Positions 39,516 through 52,524 of a DNA stretch of 64,000 nucleotides are shown here, piece after piece. Below the pieces are notes generated by a model. It was not told the DNA's origin, did not search any database, and saw only the letters and a list, made by a program, of their open reading frames with translations. Every line of letters starts with the position of its first letter. The stretch's first letter is position 1. Location: assembly GCA_009914755.4 (NCBI GenBank), contig CP086569.2, positions 20,064,001-20,128,000 on the forward strand. The letters are read 5' to 3'. Source of the DNA: the human T2T-CHM13v2.0 reference genome, Homo sapiens. A program made the translations under genes and the position numbers.

Positions 39516-40691
39516 CCTTGCCACAGAAGTCTCTGAAGAGACAAACTTCATATGTTCTCATGTTCTTGGTCTTTGTTTATTTCCACAAAGCAAAGCAGCA
39601 AGAGCTAGCAATTGGTGCAAAATTCACAATTGGGTCAGCAGCTGAGTGCTGTACTTAGATGGATGAAGGCCATACATGGCCAAAATGCAGGAGCAAGATC
39701 AAGTTCACCAAGAGAGAGACATAAGGACCAAGTCTGACATCTCTATTCTAGCATGGAAATTGGTTGATATGGTGATAGGGAGAAGAACGTAGAGCTACAT
39801 ATGGATGAGGAATTTCTGCGTTATCAGATACTGACAAGTCCTGGCCCCAGTCTTTGATTCTTCCAGCTGGTGAAGGCATCCTTAGAGCCTGTTGAGGCCT
39901 AATCAGAGCAGAACACAAAGGCAGGAGGGCTGTAGTATCTGTGGCAGGGAGAGGCTGAGAATGGTGGCAAAACACACAAATAAACAATAAAAAAGAGGAA
40001 ACCTCCAAGTTTGACACATCCATAGACAAGTGAGAAAGAAGAGTAGCTTAAAAAACAGAAATGCTTATAAAATAGTTATTTTTTTTCCTTAAAGGAACTG
40101 ACTGCTTTTAAAAGGAACTTAGAAATTAGGAAACAGACTAGAGCTGAGTTACAAATAGAAATATCAATAGATATTTATAATCCCAAGTAGACTACCTATG
40201 TTAGGTGTTACAGCTTCTCTACTTATATTAGGTATTGAAGCTTCTCTCAAACAGCAAGGTACCACACAACTCACACTTTATCTCAATATTGGGGGACTCT
40301 GTCCACTTTCAGAGGATTAGATATTGTATAACTTAAAATGCTCATGATTCTTCACATTCATCTGCAAATGCAGAGACAATATTTTAAGACTTTATTTTGA
40401 CACCTAGAAAAATGGTACTTAATTCTGCAACATCCAATTGAAAAGCATTGGCTTATGTTAGAGGGCACGGGGAGCTATTAAAAATGTATAAAACATATGC
40501 ATATTAATATAATGACTAGATTTTTATCTATTACTAAGCAGAAAAATAAGAAAATATATTATTATTGATGTTAAGTAGTGCTTATCATTGATTAGTCACT
40601 AAATGCCAAATATTATGATAAATTCTTTACATAAAATGCCTTGATTTCACAAAAATCCCCTGAGATGCAGGACCAGGATCTAAGACCACAT

Positions 40692-41003
40692 CAATTGGAT
40701 TTTTTGTCTCTTTATTTTGAGACAGGGTCTTTCTCTGTTGCCCAGACTGAAGTACAGTGGTACAATCACTGCTCACTGCAGCCTCAATCACCTGGGCTCA
40801 AGTGATCTTCCCACCTCAACCTCTGAGTTGCTGATACTACATGTGTGTACCACTATGCCTAATGTTTTATTTTTGTAAATTTTTGTAGAGACAGGGTTTC
40901 ACTATGTTGCCTTGGCTGGACTGAGACTTCTGGTCTCAAGCAATCCTCCTGCCTCAGGCTTCTGAAGTGCTGGGATTACAGGCATGAGCCACTATGCCCA
41001 GCC
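40692..41003 (-). mobile_element. Alu SINE, antisense
   Basis: ttttgtctctttattttgagacagggtctttctctgttgcccagactgaagtacagtggtacaatcactgctcactgcagcc… …ggattacaggcatgagccactatgcccagcc. Confidence 0.85.
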
Positions 41004-41794
41004 TTAATTTGATTTTCAGACTAATTTTCCTAACATTGACAGTCTATTGGAAACATACACGGAAAACAGGAAAAAAAATAATGCTGCTTTTAGAACCACA
41101 ACTACCTTTGAAGAAGAGAGAATCAACTTGAATGGCAACCCTGATGTTCCACTGGGTGCCCCAGTGGGCTAGAAGTGTGTTTTGGGAGCAGAAGCTGTAG
41201 AGGGCTGGGTGAATTTTCAGAATCAATGATAGAGGAGAAGAAGGAAACTGCAGGGAACCAAAGAGGGGAGAAAAACAGAATAATGCATTGTAAACTCTTT
41301 CTCTGCTTTCTCTCTCAGCACTATATTTGCTGTCTGCTGTGATACACTGAGAGGACTGCATCAGTGTGGTGTGTTTGCTTGAAACTTGCGGAAGAGGATT
41401 TCTTTCCTTTCATTTCAGATTCTGGGGGGTTGGGGGCAGGGTGTGCAAGCAGATATCCAGAAGACAGGGCTTCTATAAAAAGGTAACCTTCCTTCCAGCC
41501 CCTAGGAAATTCACAAAAATGGAGGAACAGATATAAATTTTCATGCGAAGTAAAAATCAGAGCATGAGACAATTTTGTCTCCACTTAAGGGTGCCAAAGT
41601 CTCCAGCTGACATTGGTACACAAATGTTTCTGTAGAAACATACACAAACACAACTTTCTGTAGAGCCTTGTCCATAATCACAATTTAGATACAAAGGGGT
41701 TTGCCTAAATTAATTACAAAGGAATAAAATATTAGTGTCAGGGCCAGAACTGGAGCTTTTAGAACACTGGGTCATTTTCCATTAGGCCATCCAT

Positions 41795-42245
41795 ATTACG
41801 TCTAAGTATTCATCTATGCATTCATTTACCTAACATCCATCCATCCATCTATCCTTCCATCCATCCATCCATCCATGTATCCATCCATCCATCCATCCAT
41901 CCATCCATCCATCCATCCATCCATCTGTATTCCATCATCCATTCAATCCATTTGTCCATCTATCATCCTTTTATGCATACAACTATCAATCAATCCATTT
42001 ATCCATCTATCATCCTTTTATGCATACATCTATCAATCCATCAACATGTTAGCTATTCATTCATCCAACCTCCATTCAATCATTCATTATTCATCTATCT
42101 ATCCAACCATCCACTACCCATCTATCAATTCATCCGTTATCAACCATCCATTCATCCATATTTTATATATACATCCATCATCTATCCATTGTCTTCCATC
42201 TATCCATCTACCTGCATGCATCCATCATCTATTTATTTATCATAG
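41795..42245. repeat. (ATCC)n/(CCAT)n tetranucleotide array, about 0.45 kb. It is the reverse-complement motif of the array at 38700-39515.
   Basis: Seen directly (…ccatccatccatccatctatccttccatccatcc…). It produces the spurious plus-strand ORFs 41875-42264 and 41952-42245. Confidence 0.9.
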
Positions 42246-42424
42246 TCCTTGGTCATGGTTCTGAATAAGAAAATCCTTGACGGTCTTGAACAGGAATTAG
42301 TCCTCTCATCGACCAAGTCCAGCAGGCTGGAACCTGGACACAGAACAGGTTCATAAGAGTGGTTCCACATTGGAGCAACCATGGACATAGGCAAAGCCCT
42401 GCCTAGGGAAGTATAGTGTTACTA

Positions 42425-43178
<754 letters not shown>

Positions 43179-43624
43179 ACACAAAATGTCATTTAGACAG
43201 GATGGATAAGTACAAGAGCTCTAACATATAAAATGATGACCAGAGTAAATAACAATATATTTTATTGTTGGCAAATGATGAAGGCATTTACTGTTAAGTG
43301 AAAATTACCAAGAGAGTAGATTTTTAAGTGTTCTTACCATGAAAACAAAACATAATTAGTTCAATTTAGCCATTCTACAATGGATACATGTATCAAAACA
43401 CCATAAATATATATATATCATTTGATTTGTCAATTAAAAAAGATGCCAATATAAGTGTGTTTAAAGTGAAAAAAGAGAAAAAAGAGTATAGAAATATGTA
43501 GAAAGTAAATACTGAAAACATTAAAGAAAATATGTTTAATATATTAAATATATTTAATAATATATTTATGCAAAATAATTAAAATGAATAATTTCAATTT
43601 CTGAAATTGAAATGAATAATTTCT

Positions 43625-43745
43625 GCCTGGGAGGCAGAGGTTGTGATGAACCAGGAGAGTGTCATTTTACTCCTAACTGGGCAACAAGAGTGAAACTCTA
43701 TCTCAAAAAAAAAAAAAAAAGAAAAGAAAAAGAAAAAGAAAAAAG
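43625..43745 (+). mobile_element. Alu 3'-end fragment with an A-rich tail
   Basis: tgcctgggaggcagaggttgtgatgaaccaggagagtgtcatttt…gggcaacaagagtgaaactctatctcaaaaaaaaaaaaaaaagaaaag. Confidence 0.6.
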
Positions 43746-43747
43746 AA

Positions 43748-43950
43748 ATCCTGGGCTCAAGTTTTCTCCTACCTCAGCCTCTTGAGTAGTTGGGACCACA
43801 GACATGCCCAACCAATTTTAAATTTTTCATAGAGACAGGGTGTTACTACATTGTCCAGACTGGTTTCAAACCTCCAGCTTCAAGGTATCCTCCTACCTCT
43901 GCCTCTAAAACACTGAGATTGCAGACATGAGCCATCATGCTTGGCCTTTA
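43748..43950 (-). mobile_element. Alu fragment, antisense
   Basis: cctgggctcaagttttctcctacctcagcctcttgagtagttgggaccacagacatgcccaacc… …acactgagattgcagacatgagccatcatgcttggcc. Confidence 0.7.
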
Positions 43951-44994
43951 ATTTTAAGTTTAATTTTTAGTCTTGTCAAAGTGATAGATGTATAAGGCTC
44001 AAAAGTGAAGCAGTACCTCTTGCCCTCAATGTTCACTCTTATATTTTTTTTTCCTGGGATGTATTTCTATTTTGAAATAACATATTTGTTCAGAAATCTC
44101 GAGTGTGTTTCTTTTTTTTAGATGGTGCCTATTAATTTTCTATTTTCATCTTCCTGATGTGGCTACATCACTAATGTTTACTAAATGAATAGTCAAGCTT
44201 ACATTATGTGAATTCTCTAAATACTGAGATGTGCTTAACTTCCCTTCTTTGTATAAATTCTTGCATTTTCTAAACTTGCTTCCAGTTCATGTCTTCCCTA
44301 TTAAAATTATTTTCACAGACTTACGATGAGCCTGCCAATCCCTTCCAAATACAATCAGCCACCTAAGGTAGTCACAGGATGATGTTAAACACAGTCTCCT
44401 GGGGTCCTACAGTTCCTTTTCCAACCTGGACTCACCACTTTCTAAGACATCCACAGAGACATCAACCCTAGTATGTCCTGTTTCCAAGTGCCTTGAGTTT
44501 GTGTCCTGGCTTGCTTCTTCTGGTATCTTAGTCAGATAAGTTGGCCTTTCTGCAACTCAGCTTCCATAGCTGGCTGGAAAGTGGGAATAGTAATAGTCAT
44601 GAGCATTAAATGTGATCACAGTTGTAAAATGTTAAGGTCAGTTTCCTACTAATTGTACACAGGATGTTTATTTTTGTGGTCATCTTGAAAATTCCCCAAT
44701 AATTCCTTCATGTTAGCAATGTCAGTTTCTAAATTTCATGTCTCCCTCATGCTCAAATTGCCTTCCCTCATTTCCTCAAATCCAATATTCAAAGACATTA
44801 CCATCAAGAGTGCATGGAGATTACCGTTATGAAGCATTCTGCATGTACAAGAGTTCTGACCTTCATGCTCAGCTACTCTTGGGTCACGGCTGGGTTCTAT
44901 ATGCAATCCTAGACATTCCTGCAACAGGTGAAGGTATCACTGTTAATGTTGGGCTTCCAGTGCTGCTGAGCCTAAGGCAAAGTCCAATCCCCTT

Positions 44995-45102
44995 TTTATT
45001 TCTCAAGACTTTGCATCTCTTTCTTTTTCTTTCTCTTTCTTTTTCTTTCTCTTTCTTTTCCTTCCTGTCCACTCCTCTCCTCTTCTCTCTTCTCTTTTTC
45101 TT
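44995..45102. repeat. CT-rich (CTTT/CTTTCT)n polypyrimidine tract
   Basis: Seen directly. Confidence 0.8.
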
Positions 45103-45377
45103 TTTTTTGATGGAGTCTCACTCTGTTGCCCAGGCTGGAGTGCAGTGACATGATCTTGGCTCACTGCAACCTCTGCCTCCTGAGTTCAAATGATTCTGTC
45201 CTAAGTAGCTGGAATTACAGGTGTACACCACCACACCCAGCTAATTTTTGTATTTTTAGTGGAGATGAGGTTTTGCCATTTTGGCCAGGCTGGTCTCAAC
45301 CTCCTGACCTCAGGTGATCTGCCCTCCTCAGCCTCCCAAAGTGCTTGGATTACAGGCATAAGCCACGGTGCCTGGCC
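45103..45377 (-). mobile_element. Alu SINE, antisense
   Basis: ttttttttgatggagtctcactctgttgcccaggctggagtgcagtgacatgatcttggctcactgcaacctc… …ggattacaggcataagccacggtgcctggcc. Confidence 0.85.
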
Positions 45378-45615
45378 TCTCATTTTGTTTCTCACTTTCT
45401 CTATCTCTTATTCTCCCTTTCATTTTCTTTCTGTCTTCCAGTCTCTTTCTCTCTTTTTCCCTGCCACTCTGTCTTTGTGTGCATACTTCTGTCATTCTCT
45501 TAGTCTCTCATTCTCTCTTGCATGATCTCTTTTTCTCCCTCTCTCTTTTTGAATTACTCTGTCATTCTCTCTCTCTCTGTCTTTCTCCTTCTGCCTTCCC
45601 ACTCCCCAAACTATT
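45378..45615. repeat. CT-rich low-complexity region
   Basis: Runs of tctctc/ttctct. The source ORFs at 45259-45525 and 45368-45619 are low-complexity artefacts. Confidence 0.7.
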
Positions 45616-45755
45616 CTAGAGTCCTTTCTCTTCACCCTTCACACTCTAAAATATCACAACAATGTTCCCTCATGTGAGTCATTTGCCTCCCTGTCTCCTG
45701 GGGACCCAGAAACTTAGAGGTTCTTCTATACTTTCATAAAACATTCTCATTTCAA

Positions 45756-46071
45756 GCTGGGCATAGTGGCTCATTACTGTAATCCCAGTGCTTTGAGAGG
45801 TTGAGAAGGGCAGATCTCTTGAGTCCAAGAGTTTGAAACCAGCCTGGCAACATGGTGAAACCCTGTCTGCTAAAAACACAAAACAAATTTCCCTGGCATG
45901 GGGGTGAACACCCATGGTCCCAGCTACTCAAGGGGCTGAGGTGGGAGGATCACTTGAGCCTGGGATGTCAAAGCTGCGGTGAGGCATGATTGCACACTGC
46001 ACTCCAGCCTGGACAACAGAGTAAGAACCTGTCTCCAAAAAAAAAAAAAAAAAGAGAGAGAGAGAGAAAAA
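45756..46071 (+). mobile_element. Alu SINE with an A-rich/(GA)n tail
   Basis: agctgggcatagtggctcattactgtaatcccagtgctttgagaggttgagaagggcagatctcttgag… …cactgcactccagcctggacaacagagtaagaacctgtctccaaaaaaaaaaaaaaaaagagagagagagag. Confidence 0.85.
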
Positions 46072-46571
46072 CCATTCTCATTTCCAGCCATTTACCCCTT
46101 CTTTTCTTAAACATAGAAGCAACCTTGGTTTAATTTCTCTAATTTTCAATGTAGCATGTTTAAAGAGTAGAAGAGATACCTTGACCTCTAGAAGCAAATT
46201 AACATAGGCATTGATGAGTCTCATCTTCCTACTTAATGAACATGTTCTGATTGATGGCTCATGTTTTGAGGCAGCGCACTGAGGATCAGAAATAAAAAGG
46301 CTGACAGAAACATGTTTTCCTTTTAAGCTCAGATAGTCTAATGGGAAATTCAGATTTATAAATGAAGAACTGGGACTTACCATTAGGCATAGCAGGTTTA
46401 ATAGAGTGGTTTATATTAATCCCCTTGTGTATGTGTGTGCGTGTGTGTCCACATGGGTGTCTGCCTCCTTTTTCTCTTTTTACCCCTCCTCAAAATGGAT
46501 GTAGGCTGGAATTAAAAGGAAAACAAGGACAGAGAGAATGTGTGAGAACAGGGCAAACAAAAGATGAGGAT

Positions 46572-46885
46572 GGGGTGGGGCACAGTGGCTCATGCCTGTA
46601 ATCCCAGCACTTTGGGAGGCCAAGGAGAGCAGAACACCTGAGGCCAGGAGTTTAAGAGGAGCCCGACCAACACGGTGAAACTCAGTCTGTACTAAAAACA
46701 CAAAAATTATCCAGGCTCCTTGGTGTGTGCATGTAGTCTCAGCTACTCAGGCAGCTGATGTAGGAGAATTGCTTGAACCCAGGAAGCAGAGGTAGTAGTG
46801 AGCTGAGATCATGCCCCTGCACTCCAGCCTTGGCAACAGAGTGAGGCTTTGTCTCAAACAAACAAACAAACAAACAAAAAAAAAG
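46572..46885 (+). mobile_element. Alu SINE with a (CAAA)n tail
   Basis: ggggtggggcacagtggctcatgcctgtaatcccagcactttgggaggccaagg… …gcactccagccttggcaacagagtgaggctttgtctcaaacaaacaaacaaacaaacaaaaaaaaa. Confidence 0.85.
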
Positions 46886-46930
46886 ATGAGGATGACCTTT
46901 TGAAGGCTTGGATGCGGATAGATGCTGTGG

Positions 46931-47290
46931 TCTGAATGTGCGTATCTCCTGAAAATTACTATGTTGAATCTTCGTCCCCAAAGTGATGGTGACAGGAGGT
47001 GGTATCTATGGAAGGAGATGAGATCATGCATGTGGAGCCTCATGAAAGGATGAATGCCCTTTTAAAAGAGAAACTAGAGAGCTTCCTCATCGTTTCTACC
47101 ATGAGAGGACACAGCAAGAAGGTGCTGTCCATGAAACCAGGAAGCAGATCCCCACCAGATACTGAATCTGCCACACCTTGATCAGCCTCCAGAACTGTAA
47201 GCAAAAATATTTGTTGTCTATAATCCTCCCAGCCCAAATGGACTAAGAACCTAAGCTATAGTAACTGTCATGGCAGGCAGGAGAAAGAAG
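46931..47290 (+). mobile_element. MaLR LTR (MLT1/MST-like), diverged
   Basis: tctgaatgtgcgtatctcctgaaaattactatgttgaatcttcgtccccaaagtgatggtgacaggaggtgg…atgagatcatgcatgtggagcctcatgaaaggatgaatgccc… …ccatgagaggacacagcaagaagg…ccagaactgtaagcaaaaatatttgttgtctataatcc…gtaactgtcatggcaggcagg. This is the characteristic MaLR LTR layout. Confidence 0.55.
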
Positions 47291-47722
47291 GAGGCAATGA
47301 ACTCACAGCAGTGGACAGGAAAAGCCAATGAAAAGCTACAGAGCTCTTAAAAATTTCAGGAATTGGGGGCAGCATGTGGCTTTCCAGATGCAGACACAGA
47401 CAGGGCTGGAAGCAGGAGTAGTGCTTGTCAGAAGAATTCTCCTCCCACTCTTAGCAGCCAGATGAATAAACTGCTTGGAAATATAATCAGTGATGAACAA
47501 GCAGAGATCTAGATTCATGGAAGCTGGGGAGAGCTGAGAGTAAAGGTGAGATACTGTGCCCAAGGCGAGACATTAAGACAAAGCCTGACCCTCCCAAATA
47601 TGTACCCCAAAGAAATAAAAACAGACACAAAAAAGTACACACACATCCACCTTCATAGCAGGGACTGAAGTAGCACATTTTAGTGTTCACTATTCCAGAG
47701 ATGCTCACTCTCTCTATGTATA

Positions 47723-48032
47723 TTTTTTGAGACAGGGTCTCACTCTGTTGCCCAGGCTAAAGTACAGCAACCCAACCACAGATCACTTCAACTTCAATCT
47801 CCCAGGTTCAAGCCATCCTCCTATTTCACCCCCCCAACCCTGCCCCCACCGCAAGTATCTGAGACTACAGGTGCACTCCACGACACCAGGCTATTTTTTA
47901 TATTCTCTTTTTTTAGAGATGAGGTTTCACCATGTTACCCAGACTGGTCTCAAACTCCTGAGCTCAAGCAATCTGCCTGCCTTGGCCTTCTAAAGTGTTG
48001 GGATAACAGGTGTGAGCCACTGCATCTGGCCC
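47723..48032 (-). mobile_element. Alu SINE, antisense
   Basis: ttttttgagacagggtctcactctgttgcccaggctaaagtacagcaacccaacc… …gggataacaggtgtgagccactgcatctggccc. Confidence 0.85.
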
Positions 48033-48084
48033 ATGCTCTATATTTTTCTTTCTTTTTTTTTTTTAACATTTTTTCATTTTTATT

Positions 48085-48300
48085 TTAGATTTGATGGTAC
48101 ATGGGAAGTTTTGTTACATAGGTAAACATGTGTCATGGGAGTTTTTGCACAGATTGTTTCATCACCCAGGTATTACGCCCAGGACCCAATAGCCATCTTT
48201 CCTGCTTCTCTCCCTCCCCCGATTCTCCACCCTCAAGTAGGCCCCAGTATCTGTTGTTTCCTTCTTGGTGTTCATAAGTTCCCATCATTTAGCTCACAGC
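48085..48300 (-). mobile_element. Old LINE-1 3'-end fragment, antisense
   Basis: ttttagatttgatggtacatgggaagttttgttacataggtaaacatgtgtcatgggagtttttgcacag…tctccctcccccgattctccaccctcaagtaggccccagtatctgttgtttccttcttggtgttcataagttcccatcatttagctcacagc is the reverse complement of the L1PA8/L1PB-type 3'UTR end. Confidence 0.6.
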
Positions 48301-48339
48301 TCTATTTTTTTTTTTTTTCTGAGACAGGGTCTCACTTTT

Positions 48340-48500
48340 TTACTTTATACATATATATATTTATATATATAAAATATATATACACACAAATACAACACAA
48401 ATATATGTGGAAAGATAGAGGTGTGTGTATATATACACAAAAAATCTACTTTATATATGTAAAGTACATTTTTTTACATATATATATATATATATGAGAG
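48340..48500. repeat. AT-rich low-complexity stretch with (TA)n and (GA)n
   Basis: Seen directly (…atacatatatatatttatatatataaaatatatata… …atatatatatatatgagagagagaga). Confidence 0.6.
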
Positions 48501-48807
48501 AGAGAGACAGAATATTAGATTCATTGGGGGTGATGTAGAAATGAATTAACTTCTTGTTACTTTCACTCCATAAAATACATTTAAGAGTCTGGAGATTTTA
48601 CAAGGAAAGAGTAAGAATTAAGGAAGTCTTTTAAGTTCCACTTGAAAATCATGTTATATTGGATCATGTTATATTGGAAGTATTCCACTCACTTGCTTCA
48701 ATATTCGAGACTCTCATTTTTTTTCTTTTCTTTTTTTTCTTCCTTCCTCCCAACCTCCCCATCCCCTCCTCTCCCTTCCCTTCCCCTTCACTTCTGTTCC
48801 CTTCTTT

Positions 48808-48882
48808 TATGTTATGATATGTTATGTTATGTTATGTTATGTTATGTTATGTTATGTTATGTTATGTTATGTTATGTTATTA
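48808..48882. repeat. (ATGTT)n pentanucleotide microsatellite, about 14 units
   Basis: gttatgttatgttatgtt…, seen directly. It lies in the tail region of the following antisense Alu. Confidence 0.9.
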
Positions 48883-49168
48883 TTTTTGAGATGCATTATC
48901 ACCCTGTAATGCAGGTTAGAGTGCAATGGCTGGATCATGGCTTGCTGCAGCCTTGACTTCCCCACTTGAGAGATCTTCCAACCTCTGACTCCTCAGTAGC
49001 TGGGACTAGCTGGGACTACGGGCCCATGCCACCATGCCCAGCTTATTTTTGTATTCTTTGTAGAGATGGAGTCTCACTATATTGCCCAGGCTAGTCTCAA
49101 ACTCCTGGGCTCAAGCAATCCTCCCACCTTGTCCTGCTAAATTTCTGGGATTATAGAAGTGGGCCACT
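48883..49168 (-). mobile_element. Alu SINE, antisense
   Basis: tttttgagatgcattatcaccctgtaatgcaggttagagtgcaatggctggatcatggcttgctgcagcc… …gggattatagaagtgggccactgtgtccagc. Confidence 0.85.
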
Positions 49169-49279
49169 GTGTCCAGCTAAGACTCTCATTTCTTACCAAG
49201 AACTGATAGTATGTCTTATTTTGGTTATTAGTTGAATTTTAGGATATTTCATTAATACACAAAAATAATTAAAATTGAT

Positions 49280-49575
49280 GGCCAGGTGCAGTGGCTTACA
49301 TCTGTAATCTCAGCACTTTAGGAGGCTGAAGTGGGTATACTGCTTGAGTCCAGGAGTTCGAGACCAGCCTGGGCAACATAGCAAGAACCCATTACTAAAA
49401 AAGTATTTTTAAAATAGCTTGGTGTGGTGGTGCATTCCTGTAGTCCCACTACTCAGAGACTGAGGTGGGAGGACCATCTGAGCACAAGAGATAGTGGTTG
49501 CAGTGAGCCATGATGGCACCACTCTACTCCAGCTTGGGTGACAGAGTGAGATCCTATCTCAAAAATAGATAAATA
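49280..49575 (+). mobile_element. Alu SINE
   Basis: ggccaggtgcagtggcttacatctgtaatctcagcactttaggaggctgaagtggg… …ctccagcttgggtgacagagtgagatcctatctcaaaaatagataaataaaat. Confidence 0.85.
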
Positions 49576-49853
49576 AAATACACATAAAATAAAATATGTA
49601 AATACACATAAAATAGTAAGCTGTTTTCATTCTTAAAGAGACAATATGTTTTAAAATAGCTTCACATGACATGAAGTCTAGTGGTTTTCTTGTCTAGAGA
49701 AAGATCAAAGTTAACACCTTTAAGAGGTGACCAGTGGTATACAGGATGTGTTGCTTCACAAAACAGTGAGGAGGAAATATAAAAAGAAAAACAAGCTCAT
49801 TCTCAACCTATTCTACCACTAACATGGTAAAGTCTGTTTTTAAAAAACACACA

Positions 49854-50145
49854 GGCCAGGAGTGTTGGCTCACGCTTATAATCCCAGCACTTTGGGAAGC
49901 TGATCCAAGAGGATTGCTTGAGTTCAGGAGTTCAAGACCAACCTGGGCTACACAATGACACCCTGTCTCAATGAAAATAAAGATAAAAGTAGCCAGGCAT
50001 GGTAGCAGGAGCCTGTAACCCCAGCTACTCAGGAGACAGAGGTTGCAGTGAGCTGAGATGGCACTGCTGTACTTCAGCCTGGGTGGCAGAGCAAGACTTT
50101 GAAAACACACACACATACAAACACACACAAACACACACACACACA
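49854..50145 (+). mobile_element. Alu SINE (with an internal deletion) followed by a (CA)n microsatellite. Together these form the left arm of an inverted duplication.
   Basis: ggccaggagtgttggctcacgcttataatcccagcactttgggaagctgatccaagaggattgcttgag… …cttcagcctgggtggcagagcaagactttgaaaa, then (ca)n at 50105-50145. Confidence 0.85.
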
Positions 50146-50627
50146 GTGACTCAAATGTGAAAAGATGCTCAAAATTACTCATGATGAAAGAAATTTCAAA
50201 ACAATGCCACTAACGCTATTTTTGAATTTATTTTCTTCATGGATATTTCTGTTCCTGGTCTGTTCCAGTTCTGAAATTCTAATTGACTTCTTGGTACAAT
50301 CATGTGATATCAAAAATGCTGAAAACGTCCCACCACTACAGTGTAAATAAATCAGCTGTTAGAATTATTTTCTTTTTCTTTCATGCATAGGTGAGTATAT
50401 CATATTTTCTGTAGATCAAGAATAATAGAATAAACACCATGTACCATGCAATTTAAATCAAAACATGTATCTCATACCTTAAAAGCACCTCGTGTGTCTC
50501 TTAACCCTGCATTTATGTTAACCACATATGGTATTCATCAACGTGTTTTATATATAGCTTAGTGATATGTTTCATCTCTACACTGCATATTATGTTCTCT
50601 CTCTGTGTTTTTGTTTTGTGTTGTTTT

Positions 50628-50728
50628 TTAGAGGCAGGGTCTCACTGTGTTGCCCATGCTGGAGTAGAATGGCACAATCAGCCTCCCAAGAAGCTAGGAC
50701 TACTGGCGGCACAACCATGCTGGGATAA
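50628..50728 (-). mobile_element. Alu fragment, antisense, in the spacer of the inverted duplication
   Basis: ttttttagaggcagggtctcactgtgttgcccatgctggagtagaatggcacaatcagcctcccaagaagctaggactactgg. Confidence 0.6.
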
Positions 50729-50837
50729 TATTTTTATTTACTTCTTAGATATACCTGTAGCAGTTTTAAAAAATTTCATTCATCATGAGTAATGTTGAGC
50801 ATCTTTTTATATGTTTGAGTCACTGTGTGTTTGTATT

Positions 50838-51086
50838 TTCAAAGTCTTGCTCTGCCACCCAGGCTGAAGTGCAGCAGTGCCGTCTCAGCTCACTGCAACC
50901 TCTGTCTCCTGAGTAGCTGGGATTACAGGCTCCTTCTACAATGCCTGGCTACTTTTATTTTTATTTTCGTTGATACAGGGTGTCATTGTGTAACCCAGGC
51001 TGGTCTTGAACTCCTGGACTCAAGCAATCCTCTTGGATCAGCTCCCCAAAGTGCTGGGATTATCAGTGTGAGCCAACACTCCTGGC
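50838..51086 (-). mobile_element. Alu SINE, antisense. It is a near-exact inverted copy of the Alu at 49854-50100 and forms the right arm of the inverted duplication.
   Basis: Its reverse complement reads ggccaggagtgttggctcacactgataatcccagcactttggggagctgatccaagaggattgcttgag…, sharing the same idiosyncratic substitutions and deletion. Confidence 0.85.
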
Positions 51087-51549
51087 CTGTGTGTTTTTTA
51101 AAAACAGACTTTATGCTTTGGAGCTATTTTATGTTGATAACAAAATTAAGAGGAAGGTACAGAGAGTTCTATGGACCTCTTATCCCCACACATATATAGC
51201 TTCCCCTACTATAAACATCTCCCCTGAGAGTGGTGCATCTGTGACACATTATTGACACCAGATTCATTCACATTTGGTTTCACGCTTGGGGGTGGACATT
51301 CTGTGGGTTAGGATAAATGTAAAATGGCCTGGATCCACCACTACAGTGTAACACAGAGGAGTTTTATTGCCCTAAAAATCCTCTATACTCCATCTAATCA
51401 TTCCCAAATCCTGGCAACCAGTGATCTTTGTACTGTTTCATAGTTTTGCCTTTTGCAGAATGTTTTATAGTTAGAATCATATGTAGTCTTTTCATATTAC
51501 CTTCTTTCACTTAGTAATATGTGTGGCTTATAGCTTATTTCTTCTCTTC

Positions 51550-52376
<827 letters not shown>

Positions 52377-52520
52377 CTCACCCCGCTAATTTTTGGATTT
52401 TTAGTAGGGATGAGGTTTCACCATATTGGCCAGGATGGTCTCGATCTCTTGACCTCATGATCTGCCTGCCTCGGCCTCCTAAAGTGGTGGGATTACAGGT
52501 GTTAGCCACTGTGCCTGGCC
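52377..52520 (-). mobile_element. Alu left-half fragment, antisense
   Basis: ccgctaatttttggatttttagtagggatgaggtttcaccatattggccaggatggtctcgatctcttgacctcatgatctgcctgcctcggcctcctaaagtggtgggattacaggtgttagccactgtgcctggcc. Confidence 0.75.
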
Positions 52521-52524
52521 ACTG

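Noticed and set aside
38663-39544. Long minus-strand ORFs (191, 136 and 85 aa) with repetitive IHPSIHPS peptides. The matching plus-strand ORFs at 41875-42264 were considered as a possible repeat-protein gene or a spacer/repeat array.
   Set aside because: They are read-through of (GGAT)n/(ATCC)n tetranucleotide arrays. The periodicity is 4 nt, not spacer-repeat organised. There is no start context or codon bias, and this is eukaryotic DNA, so a CRISPR interpretation is not applicable.
41044-41584. Minus-strand ORFs of 105 and 87 aa in a unique stretch were considered as a small-protein candidate.
   Set aside because: No recognisable domain, low-complexity composition, no splice or promoter context visible. 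ORFs of this length are expected by chance in 64 kb of AT-moderate DNA.
49808-51199. Two 124-aa ORFs with nearly identical sequence on opposite strands were considered as a duplicated gene pair.
   Set aside because: Both are antisense translations of Alu elements (…[22 protein letters not shown]…). Their similarity simply reflects the inverted duplication reported as a finding.
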